Part shown: piece after piece, positions 48,765 to 61,499 of the stretch | Position numbering within the stretch: position 1 is the stretch's first letter | How the letters are laid out: each line of letters starts with the position of its first letter | Assembly: GCF_001194135.2 (NCBI RefSeq) | Contig: NC_068982.1 | Span: 164,608,636-164,672,635 of the forward strand | From: Octopus bimaculoides | Lineage: Eukaryota | DNA length: 64,000 nt | Direction: 5' to 3' | The notes under the pieces: generated by a model | Seen by the model: the letters and a program-made list of their open reading frames with translations, nothing else | What the model was told of the DNA's origin: nothing | The model's database searches: none | Position numbers and translations under genes: made by a program

Positions 48765-49195
48765 GTGAAGACCTTCTTTAGCCTGGGGTGCCGGTGTTTC
48801 TCCCGTTCTACCCACTGTTTTCAGCGCTTGACATATTTAGAGAGAATCCATTTCTCGTCACCAGTTACTATTCGGTCAAAGACAGGATCATTTATAAGAC
48901 GTGACAGGAAAGAAGAGCACACATTCACTCACAGCGCGCGGTTAGGCTCGGAAAGTTTGTGAGGAACTCATTGACCCAATTTGCTAACTTTTCCGATGGC
49001 ACGCAAGCGTCGATGAATGGTTGAATGACCAAATCCAAGCTTCTGTGCTAATTCCTCAACAGTTACGATAGGATTTTCTTCAACCAGGGTTTGCAGGACG
49101 TCCTCGTCGAGCTCTACAGATCTTCGAGGACGAGGCTCGTCTTCTAGGCTGTAGTTTCCGGCTCGGAATTTCTGGAACCATCGTTTACATTGGCT
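48765..49195 (-). mobile_element. Mariner (Mos1/Hsmar-type) transposase fragment
   Basis: RWFQKFRAGNYSLEDEPR..RSVELDEDVLQTLVEENPIVTVEELAQKLGFGHSTIHRRLRAIGKVSKLGQ*VPHKLS..RIVTGDEKWIL (WVPHEL motif and first catalytic D). Confidence 0.95.
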
Positions 49196-50340
49196 TACGC
49201 TTATTGTCCGATCCCCATATACTGCATTGATATTCCTCGCAGTATCCGTTGCGTTCTTGCCTTTATTGAACTAATAAAGCAAATTATGCCGAATATACCG
49301 AATATGCCCCTTTGTCACTTTCATTATAACTTTGAAAAAATAACTACTAAAATCGAACTGCACTCTTCAAAACTTGCACTAAGAATAAGTACAAGGTAAA
49401 ATTACTATCTGCTTTTATAGCAAGTTCATGCGGGTAGTTTATCCCTTCCCCCTTCAACTTTAATTCATGCAATTGAAAAAAACCTCATTATTTATGGGAT
49501 GACCCAATACATGTACTCTTTTACAGTCTCGCATATGCACATACTCACACATATACACACATACATATACGTGCGAACTAGTACGTTCCCTTGCCGTTAA
49601 GATCCAAAACTGTCTCACACTTCCGCTTAGANNNNNNNNNNNNNNNNNNNNNNNNNNNNNNNNNNNNNNNNNNNNNNNNNNNNNNNNNNNNNNNNNNNNN
49701 NNNNNNNNNNNNNNNNNNNNNNNNNNNNNNNNNNNNNNNNNNNNNNNNNNNNNNNNNNNNNNNNNNNNNNNNNNNNNNNNNNNNNNNNNNNNNNNNNNNN
49801 NNNNNNNNNNNNNNNNNNNNNNNNNNNNNNNNNNNNNNNNNNNNNNNNNNNNNNNNNNNNNNNNNNNNNNNNNNNNNNNNNNNNNNNNNNNNNNNNNNNN
49901 NNNNNNNNNNNNNNNNNNNNNNNNNNNNNNNNNNNNNNNNNNNNNNNNNNNNNNNNNNNNNNNNNNNNNNNNNNNNNNNNNNNNNNNNNNNNNNNNNNNN
50001 NNNNNNNNNNNNNNNNNNNNNNNNNNNNNNNNNNNNNNNNNNNNNNNNNNNNNNNNNNNNNNNNNNNNNNNNNNNNNNNNNNNNNNNNNNNNNNNNNNNN
50101 NNNNNNNNNNNNNNNNNNNNNNNNNNNNNNNNNNNNNNNNNNNNNNNNNNNNNNNNNNNNNNNNNNNNNNNNNNNNNNNNNNNNNNNNNNNNNNNNNNNN
50201 NNNNNNNNNNNNNNNNNNNNNNNNNNNNNNNNNNNNNNNNNNNNNNNNNNNNNNNNNNNNNNNNNNNNNNNNNNNNNNNNNNNNNNNNNNNNNNNNNNNN
50301 NNNNNNNNNNNNNNNNNNNNNNNNNNNNNNNNNNNNNNNN

Positions 50341-50371
<31 letters not shown>

Positions 50372-50993
50372 TACATGCGTGTATGTGTGTGTGTCTGTTT
50401 GTGCGCGTGTGCATACATATGTATATTAATGCGTGTGAATGGATTTATGTACCTGTATGTTGTAAAAGTCTAAGTTCACGCAAACTCTCATGAAATATTT
50501 TCATATATATACTTTGTGGTTGTTTTTTAAAAACATATACGTGTATATGTGTGAGCGTGTGTGTATGTATCCGTGTGTGTATGTATGTGCGTGCGTTTGT
50601 AATCCCCTATTTTAGTATGTGCATTTGTTATTTTATTTCAAATTTTTTACATTGAAATTTAACATTGCTGCAGTTCGAATCATTGTTACTAAGTTACGCT
50701 TTCGATTTGGGAGTTATGTTTGGTAGCAATTACACAAAAAATAATGAAAATGTAATACAATTTTTCAATTCCCAGTATGAAATACTATCAAACTTTTGCT
50801 ATATATTTAAAGATTATAAAACAGAAAGTGAAAGCACTTTTTCTTCAACAAAAATTTTATTTTTTTTCCTACGAGTCAACTCTGGGACTTTCTTCACGAA
50901 TATATGCTAAAATTAGTCTTAAGCCAATGCTTCATGCACGAAACTCTTTTGCAATATGTAATTATATTTTATCACAGTAGCAAAAGTATTGAC

Positions 50994-51024
<31 letters not shown>

Positions 51025-51321
51025 AAAAAAAAACTTGAGGAAAAAGATTACAACTGTTTGAAAAGAGTAAGATAATTCCACAAACATATCGATATTAAAA
51101 GAAATTTCAATAATAATGCTGAGAAAATTTGGCACAAGACATCAAATTTCTTTATAGGAGGATAGACTATTATATTAACCACGGGGAAGGAAGGTAAAAT
51201 TGGTTTCGGCAGAATTTGAAATCAGACCGTAAACAGTCGGAAGAGATTCCACTAAGCTGTTTGTCCGGAGTGCCAACAACTAGCATAACATCGCCTTAAC
51301 GACGAAAACAACAAGAGAAAT

Positions 51322-51478
51322 AATCCTTTCTACTATAGGCACAACGCCTGAAATTTGGGTGAGGAGGTTTAGTCGATTACATCGTACTCCATACCTGACT
51401 GGGACTTATTTTATTAACCCCGAAAGAATGAAAGGTAAAATCGACCACATTTGAAAGCAGAATCTAAAGTTGGAAGAG
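51322..51478 (-). mobile_element. SINE family B copy
   Basis: tcctttctactataggcacaacgcctgaaattt...tcgattacatc...gggacttattttattaaccccgaaagaatgaaaggtaaaatcgacc is the reverse complement of the family B body. Confidence 0.8.
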
Positions 51479-51559
51479 ATGATGTCTCGATAAAAATATG
51501 GCAGTGACGCCTTATTATCACTTACGTCACTATGAAAGTAATGGATAAAAGGATTAATA

Positions 51560-52405
51560 CAAACAACGGCGTAAATGAGAACGGAACATCAGGTGACGGA
51601 TTCTCATCCGGCAGATGTCCTGTGGGTGAGCAGGAGAGGCCTAGTCGTCATTATACAACTGCTAGAATGATATAGTCTGTAGTGATGAATATAGATGTCA
51701 TATTTTTGAGCAGACCTGTTGACACTGATGGAAAGCCTTATAAGAGGATATAAAAAGAGAATGCACGGAAACGAGATGGCAACGCAGGATTTGGATATTA
51801 CGTAAGAGGAAATATGCTCAGGCAAGGATATTAAGGAATAACGGATAGTTAGCCGCATAGGAACATGATAAGAGTGTGGCAATGGAAAACACAGTGAATG
51901 AAGATGTAGTATTTACAGAGAATATCAACGAGGCTGTATTAAATGAAAGTTTTCTGGAGAATGCTGAATACTGGATGAAAGATTTCCCTGCATTACACGA
52001 AAAAATAACTGCAAAAGTATGAAATTATTTTGAGAGGACATTTAAATGGTGCAAGCATAAACCAAAAGGCGTAGCCGAGAATAATGTATGCAACATCTTG
52101 AGGGATTTTATAATCCAGTATGATCCATTGTTGTAGATGATAAAATGATGAAGTAAACCAAGTTCATAGATACTGCCGTACCTGGGGACGTATGAATGGA
52201 TAATAAAGAACTGAAAAAGACTGAAATGAGTTTGCACGAATATGGCAAACGAAGACAAAGTAACTCACATCCCAGTAGTCGTAGAGCATTAACAACCAGG
52301 TTTGAGAAATTTGGAGGAGGAAATGGAATAGACATGAGGGTAGAACATGCTCAGAAATCTGCTTTATTGGGGACACTGAGGATTTTCGGATTCGTACTTA
52401 TATGT
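51560..52405 (+). mobile_element. Internally deleted R4/Dong LINE (N-terminus joined to endonuclease C-terminus)
   Basis: 5' part: GTSGDGFSSGRCPVGEQERPSRHYTTAR..FLSRPVDTDGKP.RGYKKRMH. 3' part: WCKHKPKGVAENNVCNIL.DF.IQYD..; VTHIPVVVGAL.TRFEKFGGGNGIDMRVEHAQKSALLGTLRI. No RT motifs lie between them. Confidence 0.8.
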
Positions 52406-53599
52406 TAAATATCAATTTACAGTAGCGTTTTACGTTAAAACAGAATGTAAATATTGTAAAAATGAATAACTCAATACAGTGCACACCTAAAACGTTCAAT
52501 GAACGACTCCGTGTGAAAGAAAGTTCAAATACGGATATTCTTTTATTATATTTGCAAATAACCTAGAAGTATGAGCGTTACGTTAAAAGTATACCTCTCC
52601 ATGGAATTCCAAGACACAAGTTCATGAAATGAATTAATAGTCCGGCTAAACGAAAATCTTGCACCTCATGGTGTTGATTACATAGATCGAAAGATTGTTA
52701 TGTAATTGTCATACTGCAGCCACTTCACAGAAATATGCACAAGAAGTTTCTGACAGTTTTCCAATTCTATATTTTCTGTTTTCCGTTTAACTATTCCATC
52801 TGTGAACCGTTGCAAGCTATTTGATCACCTTACATGATTTTATGAAAGGAAATTCAAATTTTGGACGCGGTTTATAATCAACTGTTCAGGTAAGAAATTT
52901 TAGAATTTTCTCTTTCTCCTTTTCTCGTCTTTTTTTCACTCATTTTTCTTTTGGTTTTTCTTTCTTTCATTATCTCTCTATCTTTTTCTGTATTTTTTGA
53001 CATTGTAGTATTTGAACGGAGATGATATTCTATGAATGGCTTAAGGTGCACTCATGTAATAGAATTTAATTACACCGCTACTTTACATATTTCTATATAT
53101 AAAAATTAACATTTTGTTCTTTTTAATCTATCTATACATTCAAATCTATCTTTATGTATGCAGCCAATCTCACATTCTTTTAGGTATTTGGTTTCGTTTC
53201 CTGTATATTCTCATTTTAAAGTTTAGCACTTTCATTGTTCAGCTTTTATTGCCTAGTCTTATATTAATTCCTCAGATATCTGTGAGTGGAAAAAGATCAG
53301 GGCTTTCCATTGCTTGTATTCACGATGCCTTCAGCATGCTAGAGCAAATGTGTGCTAAGTAGGGCAGGAACAAAATATCTCATATTTACAGTTTCAAATT
53401 CTTTGAGGTAGTTACTCGGGCTGAATGACAAAATACTACAAAGTAAAACTCTGCTTATTCTACAGATAAGTAATCATCAAAAGCTGAACCAGAACAATGT
53501 AAGTATCAATATAATTAATGTGAATAGGAAAAATATTTAAGAATACAAAATCTAAGGATGGACATTTTGATTATGGTAACAAAATAATCGACTTTTTAT

Positions 53600-55750
53600 A
53601 TTTTTATGAACCAATCAATAGTAGACCCTTTTAAGACATAATAGCAACTACAATACAAAAGAAAAACACCAGCCTGGCCAGCTAAGACTTAGAGAAAATA
53701 GATGCAATCATCCTTATCAAGCAAATAAACGAAATAATCTATAGAACACAATGGTTACTAAGAAAAGCAGATATTTGTCATACAGGAATATCAAAACCCA
53801 GTTAAACAACGCGAAATCAAATAGATAAAAAGATATAAAAAAGGAAAATGAATCTCTTAATCATTTATGAAATCCCAAAAGAAAAGAAAGGTAAAATTAG
53901 AAATTGTGATAATACTGTAGAAGCATAACAAAGAAAATGTAGTACCCGAAATCAAAGAACGTTTGAAACAAAAGATGATTTCTAAATTGTAAAAGATTTC
54001 TCATTATTAAAAGCGACAATTCTTTGAGCAGAACAAATAGTACGACTCCACACCAACGCGATTGTACTATGACGTAAATCAATGCTATGCCAACAGCAAG
54101 CTAAGTAGAATAATTTTATGGGTAATTATGGATATCAAAGTGATTACTCTAAGCGAGATTGTTGAAAACATAAATTTCAATATCTAAAAAATCTAAGCAG
54201 ATAATAGCAAGAGAGGGTGTAGCTCAGACACAATGTTTCAAAAAAAGAATAGCTCCCAGGTCACTGCAGGAAGTGGTAAATTTCAAAATCACTGAATGAA
54301 ATACTTAACATAGACTCATAAAGAGCTTGCCCCATATCAATTGTTTCCTATAAAAAGCAACAAATATTCGCGGTTATGTTCTAAGGTTGAGGTCAGGAAG
54401 TGTTTGTACACGTGAGATTTGCCGGCATTGACATACTACGCAGCTATGGGTCATGTTGCAGGTCAATGAACGAAGGTGGGAAAGATTTCCAGTGAATTAA
54501 CGTCTGTGAAGAGAAATGATGAAGAAGATGAGTGGTAGGTCTACAGGTAAGATTACTGCATGCGTAGCACAAGAAAGACAAAGGGCCTGGTTGGTAAGAT
54601 CAGCTATTAGCTGTATGCAACTAGGTAATACTGTCGAGTAAAGAACATTGTAGTAGTGTTAGAAGAAGAGGAGTGACCATAAAATGCGGTTTTGATCTAA
54701 CAGTTGCCCGATGGATGCTGGTGAGTTAGTCCTTCTCGAACAGTAAGTACCTAAGAGGCGGGGGTTTACCCTTTGCTACCTTTATAATACAGAGTCCTGT
54801 GAGCCATAATATCACAAATATATACATTATCGGCTGAAAATAATAGAAAGTTCACAGAATAAATGCGAGGAAAACTGATATGGTTGTAGAAATCAATGAC
54901 CGATGAACAAGGTCATAATCGAAGACTGAATCTGGGGATGGCATGGATTGATTGCATGAAGGCTATTTCAATTACTGGAAATAGTAGACATAGGTGATGT
55001 GACAACAATACTCAACAAACAAAATATCTCAAGAATTAATGATAATCATGTAAATAGAAAAATAAAAGAAATTATAAACCCAAGTCTTATTCAGATTCCA
55101 AGGAGACTGGCATTAGGTACTGTCTCTCTACTCTGGGTTAACATTTTTTAACAAACATGCTAAACCAGACAGGACTCGAATGCAAATGCTCTGAGAGAAT
55201 GACGGATAATTAATCATCCTTTGTATATTGATTACTTCAAGCTGTACGTTGAAGATGGTAACGAACTGGAAACAATGTTATATACAGTACATGAATTCAG
55301 TGGAGAAATTTGACATGAAATTCAGTTTAGTGAGTGTGTCAATACAACTTTGAAGAGAAGAAAATTAATAAACACTATTTTCATCATGTAAGATAAAGGA
55401 ACAAAGATAAAAGTATTAGACCAAATACAGACATACAAATACTTAAGAATTAATGCACTAGACAGTGAACAACATAGACACATGAGAAGCTAGGTTATAA
55501 AACAATATGTAGACGCATTAGAGTACTACTTTAAACAGAGCCAAACTCCAAACATAACATAATCAGCAACATTACAGTACGTGTACGAGTAATGTTAGAG
55601 TTATAATCTTCTGAACAGAAGCTGAATAAATTAGCAATGCTAGACACGAAAAGAGGTAAAATAATTACGGAATTTAGAAGACAACAAACAACCACTAATA
55701 GTAACATATATTATTTACCAAATACAGAAACGTGGGTAGGGTTCTTTCTA
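53600..55750 (+). mobile_element. Highly degenerate R4/Dong LINE central region including RT, interrupted at ~54380-54800
   Basis: EIKERLKQKMISKL..QNK; YGCRNQ..NKVII..NLGMAWIDCMKA; INHPLYIDYFKLY (cf. ISHLLYMDDLKLY)..LETMLYTVHEFS..IKVLDQIQTYKYL. Confidence 0.75.
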
Positions 55751-56829
55751 TATTTATAAAATTAGTATACAATATCGATTGAAATTAGTATACAATAGTA
55801 TACAATTAGTGTAAAATGAGACTAAATGAATGTCAATTAATCGAGAAGAAATTTAGACAGCTCACAGTCTCTCTCGGCTGATAACAACAATAATTGTCCT
55901 TATGGAATAGTTACTTGTGTAGAAAGTGGATATTTCACAGGTTTCTATGCTGAGATGTTATTCGGCTGTTTGATCTCTTCATATCTAAACGTATCTGTTT
56001 TCGCTTTGGATGTAGTAGGTTTTTTTTTCCACCTGTAAGCAGAGCTTTAGTAATCTAGTCTTTTCCATTCGTTGAACATAAGTAAGCTAGAAGAGATTTT
56101 GCTGCAGTATTGTCTTCTCTAGGATAATGCTTTTCCAAGCCTTGTCTTTCCATACGAAGACAATAATCTGTTACAGATCTTTTACCATGCAGGCATGCAT
56201 ATATTGGTACCTATTTGCAGTATACGGTTGATATTTCAATTTGTAAAGTAAGCCAATAATCGGTATACTTTATTTCACTTGAAGAAAGAGATTGTTGCCC
56301 CACAGTTGTTCCATCAACTTTGCAGCTACCGAGCTGAGTTTTCATATCCTGTGATTTAGTTAGATACTGAGGCTATCATCAATACCTGATTTACTAACCA
56401 TATGGGTAAGTTGGTTTACATACAGCAACATCTGACCCTCTGGATTTGACTATTGAAAAGAAAAGAAAACAGTTTCTTGCTTATGGATACTAATATTTGA
56501 ACAAAACGTTGCAGGTGCACTCCCAACAAGAAATAACAGATTGTCCAATAACTATGATATAGAAAAAGACAACAGAAGAAACTATTTTCTATATCCAAAT
56601 ATAAGCAAATTGAAAGTTGTATTAGATTAGATGTTGCTGATTATGTTATGTTTGGAATTTGGCTCTGTTTAAAGTAATACTCTAATATTACTTAGATCCC
56701 GTGACGAAAGCGCATCTATGTAATGCTCATCTATGTAATAAAGACAGAGTAAAACTAGAAGCTTTATTTAGCACTACAATTGTTTCGACTGCCTCCTGCA
56801 ACTGTTATGCTGGGAATAGCGGCAGACTC

Positions 56830-57560
56830 TAAGGTTCTGTGTAACATGAGTGTTTTTTTTTTCAAATTTGATTTAGTATTTGGTCAGGGTGGTGGAGGTA
56901 GTTGTAGTAGCGTTCATTAGCGATTGGTACAATTTGGTGGTAGCGACTGTTGTGAGTAGGAATTGAGCATCTAGTCCCTGGTAAATGAGTGAATTTGCAA
57001 TCAGTGTCAGTGCACAATCTCTTGCGTAGTGAATAGCGGCATATTTTGGGGTTTCGTGTGTAGGCTGTGAGAGGCATATATTTTAATATGTGTACATTTG
57101 TGTTTAGCAAATTCATTAAGGGGTCTTCAAGTAAGCATTTAGTTGGTTGATCAGAAATTGGGATAGTAAAGGTTGAAGCTGTGTCTGTTGATTTTTTTGA
57201 GGTGGTTGTTGTAGCTGTAGTTGTTGATGTTGTTGTTGTGATTCTTGTTGCTGTGATTGTTGCTGCTGTTGAAGATTTGATGGGTAGGTATCAAACTCTG
57301 GTTGAATGGGCTGTGAACAGCTGGAATCTGAGAAGCTGACGGTTTCATTAAGTAGGTCATCAATTGTGGTTTAAGTAAGGAGTTTTAAAGGTTGAGGCTG
57401 GGTCAGTTGTTCCTACTGTGGTCGATGTTGTTGTTGTGGTGGTGATTATTGCTGCTTTTGCTGAGGTGGTCGTTGTTGTTGCTGTGATGGTTGTTGTTGT
57501 TGCTCTGGTGGCTGTTGTTATTGCCGATGTGGTTGCTATTGCTGCTGTGTATATTTATAA
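56830..57560 (-). mobile_element. Frameshifted Thr/Gln-rich ORF with CCCH zinc finger, probably a LINE ORF1 remnant
   Basis: PKICRYSLRKRLCTDTDCKFTHLPGTR (C-x8-C-x4-C-x3-H, ~57050-56970). It is preceded by KHKCTHIKI and by Q-rich and T-rich tracts in different frames. Confidence 0.55.
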
Positions 57561-57879
57561 AGTAACAAATAACGGAGAAGCAATTATATCTGACAGTAAA
57601 TGATAAAAATGTTACATAAACAATTGGTTTCAGGGGTTCAGCAGCTGGTGAAGATGATAATGTGTAAATACATACAAGCATACATACTGATGTAATAATA
57701 CACAGAAATAGTTACCAACACTCAAAAATCATACCTTAAGCTGGAGGCGTCGAAGCACCATTCTTTTTCTTCAGAAGAAGGAGTAGCAAAATGCAAATTT
57801 TGTTGGAGTAAACCAAAGAACAGACTTTTATATATATAAAAATGAGAAAGTGTGTTGAGGTACAACGGGTTTGTCCCAC

Positions 57880-58600
57880 AAAGCGTTTCTGGTTACTTTT
57901 GTGTATCCCCACATGTAAATATATATACAACTCAATATCCACGAACTCAGACATCCCAAATTAAAGAAGCATTTACAACCAAAAGCCCTTCCATACATCT
58001 CCACACACAACCCTCTTAACAATGAAGCCTTCGGCACCATCCTTCAGAACATTCTGTGGTCCTTTAAAAGGAACACAGAATGAACTTAATCCTCCAAACA
58101 AAGACCATCATAAAAAGCAAGAGACAGCCCAAATCTATGAAAAGTCTCCTAACACAAGCCCGAATACGCTCAACAACACAGAAGCTGTCAGTAACAAAAT
58201 ACGGAAGACCCAACTTTGGGATATACGTCAATTTAATTGAGGGATCAGAGTTCTCCTTCAAACAGGGACAACGTTTCACAGTGAAAAGCAACTTCACATG
58301 TGCTTCGGAGAACCTGATATACGCACTAACCTGCTCTGAGTGTTAAGAGCAAAAGATAGGCCAAACAAAAAACAGTCTACGTCAAAGGATGGTTCAGCAC
58401 AGATCCTAGATCAAAATTCCGAAAAACAGAAAAATAGCATTCAGCCAACACTTCGACATTTGCGCCTATAACAAAAAAACCCAGCTTTAGAATTTTTTTC
58501 CCCTCTACCAATTCAGGGATGATACAACCTCTAGCCAACGAATTAGTTTCAATGACTGAAACCGGTACTAGAATGTTTTTCATGGTAAAATTATTTTCGC
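57880..58600 (+). mobile_element. Penelope-like element, RT-to-GIY-YIG region
   Basis: RQPKSMKSLLTQAR..KYGRPN..IEGSEFSFKQGQRFTVKSNFTCASENLIYALTCSEC*EQKIGQTKNSLRQRMVQHRS..FSQHFDIC. Confidence 0.9.
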
Positions 58601-59100
58601 ATTTNNNNNNNNNNNNNNNNNNNNNNNNNNNNNNNNNNNNNNNNNNNNNNNNNNNNNNNNNNNNNNNNNNNNNNNNNNNNNNNNNNNNNNNNNNNNNNNN
58701 NNNNNNNNNNNNNNNNNNNNNNNNNNNNNNNNNNNNNNNNNNNNNNNNNNNNNNNNNNNNNNNNNNNNNNNNNNNNNNNNNNNNNNNNNNNNNNNNNNNN
58801 NNNNNNNNNNNNNNNNNNNNNNNNNNNNNNNNNNNNNNNNNNNNNNNNNNNNNNNNNNNNNNNNNNNNNNNNNNNNNNNNNNNNNNNNNNNNNNNNNNNN
58901 NNNNNNNNNNNNNNNNNNNNNNNNNNNNNNNNNNNNNNNNNNNNNNNNNNNNNNNNNNNNNNNNNNNNNNNNNNNNNNNNNNNNNNNNNNNNNNNNNNNN
59001 NNNNNNNNNNNNNNNNNNNNNNNNNNNNNNNNNNNNNNNNNNNNNNNNATAAAATCTGAACAACTGATTCTGTATTCATATAATTTACATTTGGAAGTTA

Positions 59101-59313
59101 AGGCGGCGTGCTGGCAGAAACATTAGCACGACGGGAGAAATGCTTAGCGGTATTCCGTCTGTCTTTACGTTCTGAAATTAAATTCCACCGAGGTCACTTT
59201 GCCTCTCATCCTTTCGGGGCCGATAAATTAAGTACCAGTTGCGTACTGGAATCGATCTAATCGACTGGCCCCCTCCCCCAAAATTTCGGGCCTTGTAGCT
59301 AGAGTAGAAAAGA
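59101..59313 (+). mobile_element. Full-length short tRNA-derived SINE family B
   Basis: aggcggcgtgctggcagaaacattagcacg...gttctgaaattaaattccaccgaggtcactttgcc...cgataaattaagtaccagtt...aaatttcgggccttgtagctagagtagaaaaga. Confidence 0.85.
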
Positions 59314-59844
59314 ATTTACACTAGTATATTTTACCAAGAAAGCCAAAGTTTATATGAGAAAATTAAGTGTCGGAAGATGGAAACTCTTGAAAGCAAGTAT
59401 ATTTGAATGCTGTTGATCGGATAAAACAATAAATTCGAATCATTAAAGATGAAAAATCATAGGGGAATACATAAATTTTCATGGTCGCACAACAGCAAGC
59501 AATTAAAACAAAATTGGATAAAGCAACAACCCGACAAATGAAAGAATTGCATCAAGTAGAGGATTGAAGAGAAAGTCGATGAAAGAGATGCATCTCGTTT
59601 GTGATTACAGAACTGCAACTCGCAATTGTCGTAATAAGGACAAAAAATCACAAACAAAAATGAAGTAGTAAACGAGTTTTCAATGTAAACTACATTTGAA
59701 ATTTTACCTCTCTCTCCATGATTAGCCCCGTGACTGTATGATTGATTATAATCCGTATTCGAACAACACCCAGCTTGGTATATTGGTGACATTCATCCTA
59801 CATTTCAAATTAATTTGGTGCAAGGTTAATTATGCATTCTTATA

Positions 59845-60092
59845 TCTTTATCTTTTATTTTTTACTTGTTTCAGTCAGTAGATGGCGGCCATGCTGGGGC
59901 ACCACCTTAAAGGATTTATAATAGAATAAATCGATCCCAGCACTTATTTTCTCGGTTTCTTTGGCCGAACTGCTAAATAAGGGGGACGTATACACATCAA
60001 CACCGGTTGACTAGCAGTGGAGTGAGAAAACACAGATACAAATACACACACACACACACATATATGCATACATACATATATAAGTATATATA
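59845..60092 (-). mobile_element. SINE family A, 3' half
   Basis: tatcttttattttttacttgtttcagtcag..gcggccatgctggggcaccacctt..tcgatcccagcacttatt..ggccgaactgctaa..gggggacgta..caccggttg, then (CA)/(TA)n into the gap. Confidence 0.85.
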
Positions 60093-60896
60093 TANNNNNN
60101 NNNNNNNNNNNNNNNNNNNNNNNNNNNNNNNNNNNNNNNNNNNNNNNNNNNNNNNNNNNNNNNNNNNNNNNNNNNNNNNNNNNNNNNNNNNNNNNNNNNN
60201 NNNNNNNNNNNNNNNNNNNNNNNNNNNNNNNNNNNNNNNNNNNNNNNNNNNNNNNNNNNNNNNNNNNNNNNNNNNNNNNNNNNNNNNNNNNNNNNNNNNN
60301 NNNNNNNNNNNNNNNNNNNNNNNNNNNNNNNNNNNNNNNNNNNNNNNNNNNNNNNNNNNNNNNNNNNNNNNNNNNNNNNNNNNNNNNNNNNNNNNNNNNN
60401 NNNNNNNNNNNNNNNNNNNNNNNNNNNNNNNNNNNNNNNNNNNNNNNNNNNNNNNNNNNNNNNNNNNNNNNNNNNNNNNNNNNNNNNNNNNNNNNNNNNN
60501 NNNNNNNNNNNNNNNNNNNNNNNNNNNNNNNNNNNNNNNNNNNNNNNNNNNNNNNNNNNNNNNNNNNNNNNNNNNNNNNNNNNNNNNNNNNNNNNNNNNN
60601 NNNNNNNNNNNNNNNNNNNNNNNNNNNNNNNNNNNNNNNNNNNNNNNNNNNNNNNNNNNNNNNNNNNNNNNNNNNNNNNNNNNNNNNNNNNNNNNNNNNN
60701 NNNNNNNNNNNNNNNNNNNNNNNNNNNNNNNNNNNNNNNNNNNNNNNNNNNNNNNNNNNNNNNNNNNNNNNNNNNNNNNNNNNNNNNNNNNTATATATAC
60801 TGATGGAAAAGACAACAAAAGAAAGAAAGAGACCTCGATATTATGTAAATAGAGGAATTTATCTGTAAAAATATGTGACAATTATTCGGTAGCCAT

Positions 60897-60957
60897 GATA
60901 AAACTGCGAGTTTCGGGTGTCGGGGCGGAAACCCACGCCACCATCTCTTCGGTTATC
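60897..60957 (-). ncRNA. Candidate minimal type I hammerhead ribozyme (U4C core variant)
   Basis: Minus strand reads GAUAA-CCGAAGA-G[AU-GGUG-GCGUGG-GUUU-CCGC-CCCGA-CACC]C-GAAAC-UCGCA-GU-U-UUAUC. It has stem I (GAUAA/UUAUC), a CUGANGA-like core, a long stem II, GAAA, a 2-bp stem III and a GUU triplet. Confidence 0.5.
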
Positions 60958-61288
60958 TGGCCATTGAAAATTGCAAGGAAAATGACCGTTAAACAAAGGG
61001 AAATTACTGAGTGGTTGACCATTATTAAGACAAAAGAGCTATTAGAATGACCGCTAAGTGAGGGGAGGGAGTAAAGGTAAGGGAGTAAAAATGTCCATAG
61101 TATTCACGTAAGCGTACCATTCCATACATACACATGGGTGCCGGCACACCCACGTACATGCGCCTATGTGTATATAGTCATCCACCCTCGCTTGAAACAC
61201 ACACATGCTCACCCACACATTCGCCAATATATATATATTTACCTTGCGCTCATAATAATTTTCTATCGTCTTGGCTCAACAGCCCTCA

Positions 61289-61408
61289 CCGTTTGTTTTT
61301 ACCGTCTTGCTCTCACTGTCCTGTTCTTGTTTACACTTTCACCNNNNNNNNNNCCGTTTGTTTTTACCGTCTTGCTCTCACTGTCCTGTTCTTGTTAACA
61401 CTTTCACC
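61289..61408. repeat. 55-bp unit duplicated across a 10-N gap (collapsed minisatellite or assembly overlap)
   Basis: 61289-61343 and 61354-61408 differ at one base. Confidence 0.85.
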
Positions 61409-61499
61409 CCCCGCAAAAGATCTCAAATTTTGTTTAATTTGCTTTGAGGGAGGGACTGTTTCAACGAAGTCACGTGTTGTCCTTGCCTTAGTGTTGTCC

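Noticed and set aside
56270-56330. KLMEQLWGNNLF resembling the EF-2/EFL1 LWGD motif
   Set aside because: No flanking similarity and nearby stops; treated as chance.
61289-61408. 55-bp direct repeat as a CRISPR-like or functional array
   Set aside because: Only two near-identical units flanking a 10-N gap with no spacers. It is likely a collapsed minisatellite or contig overlap.
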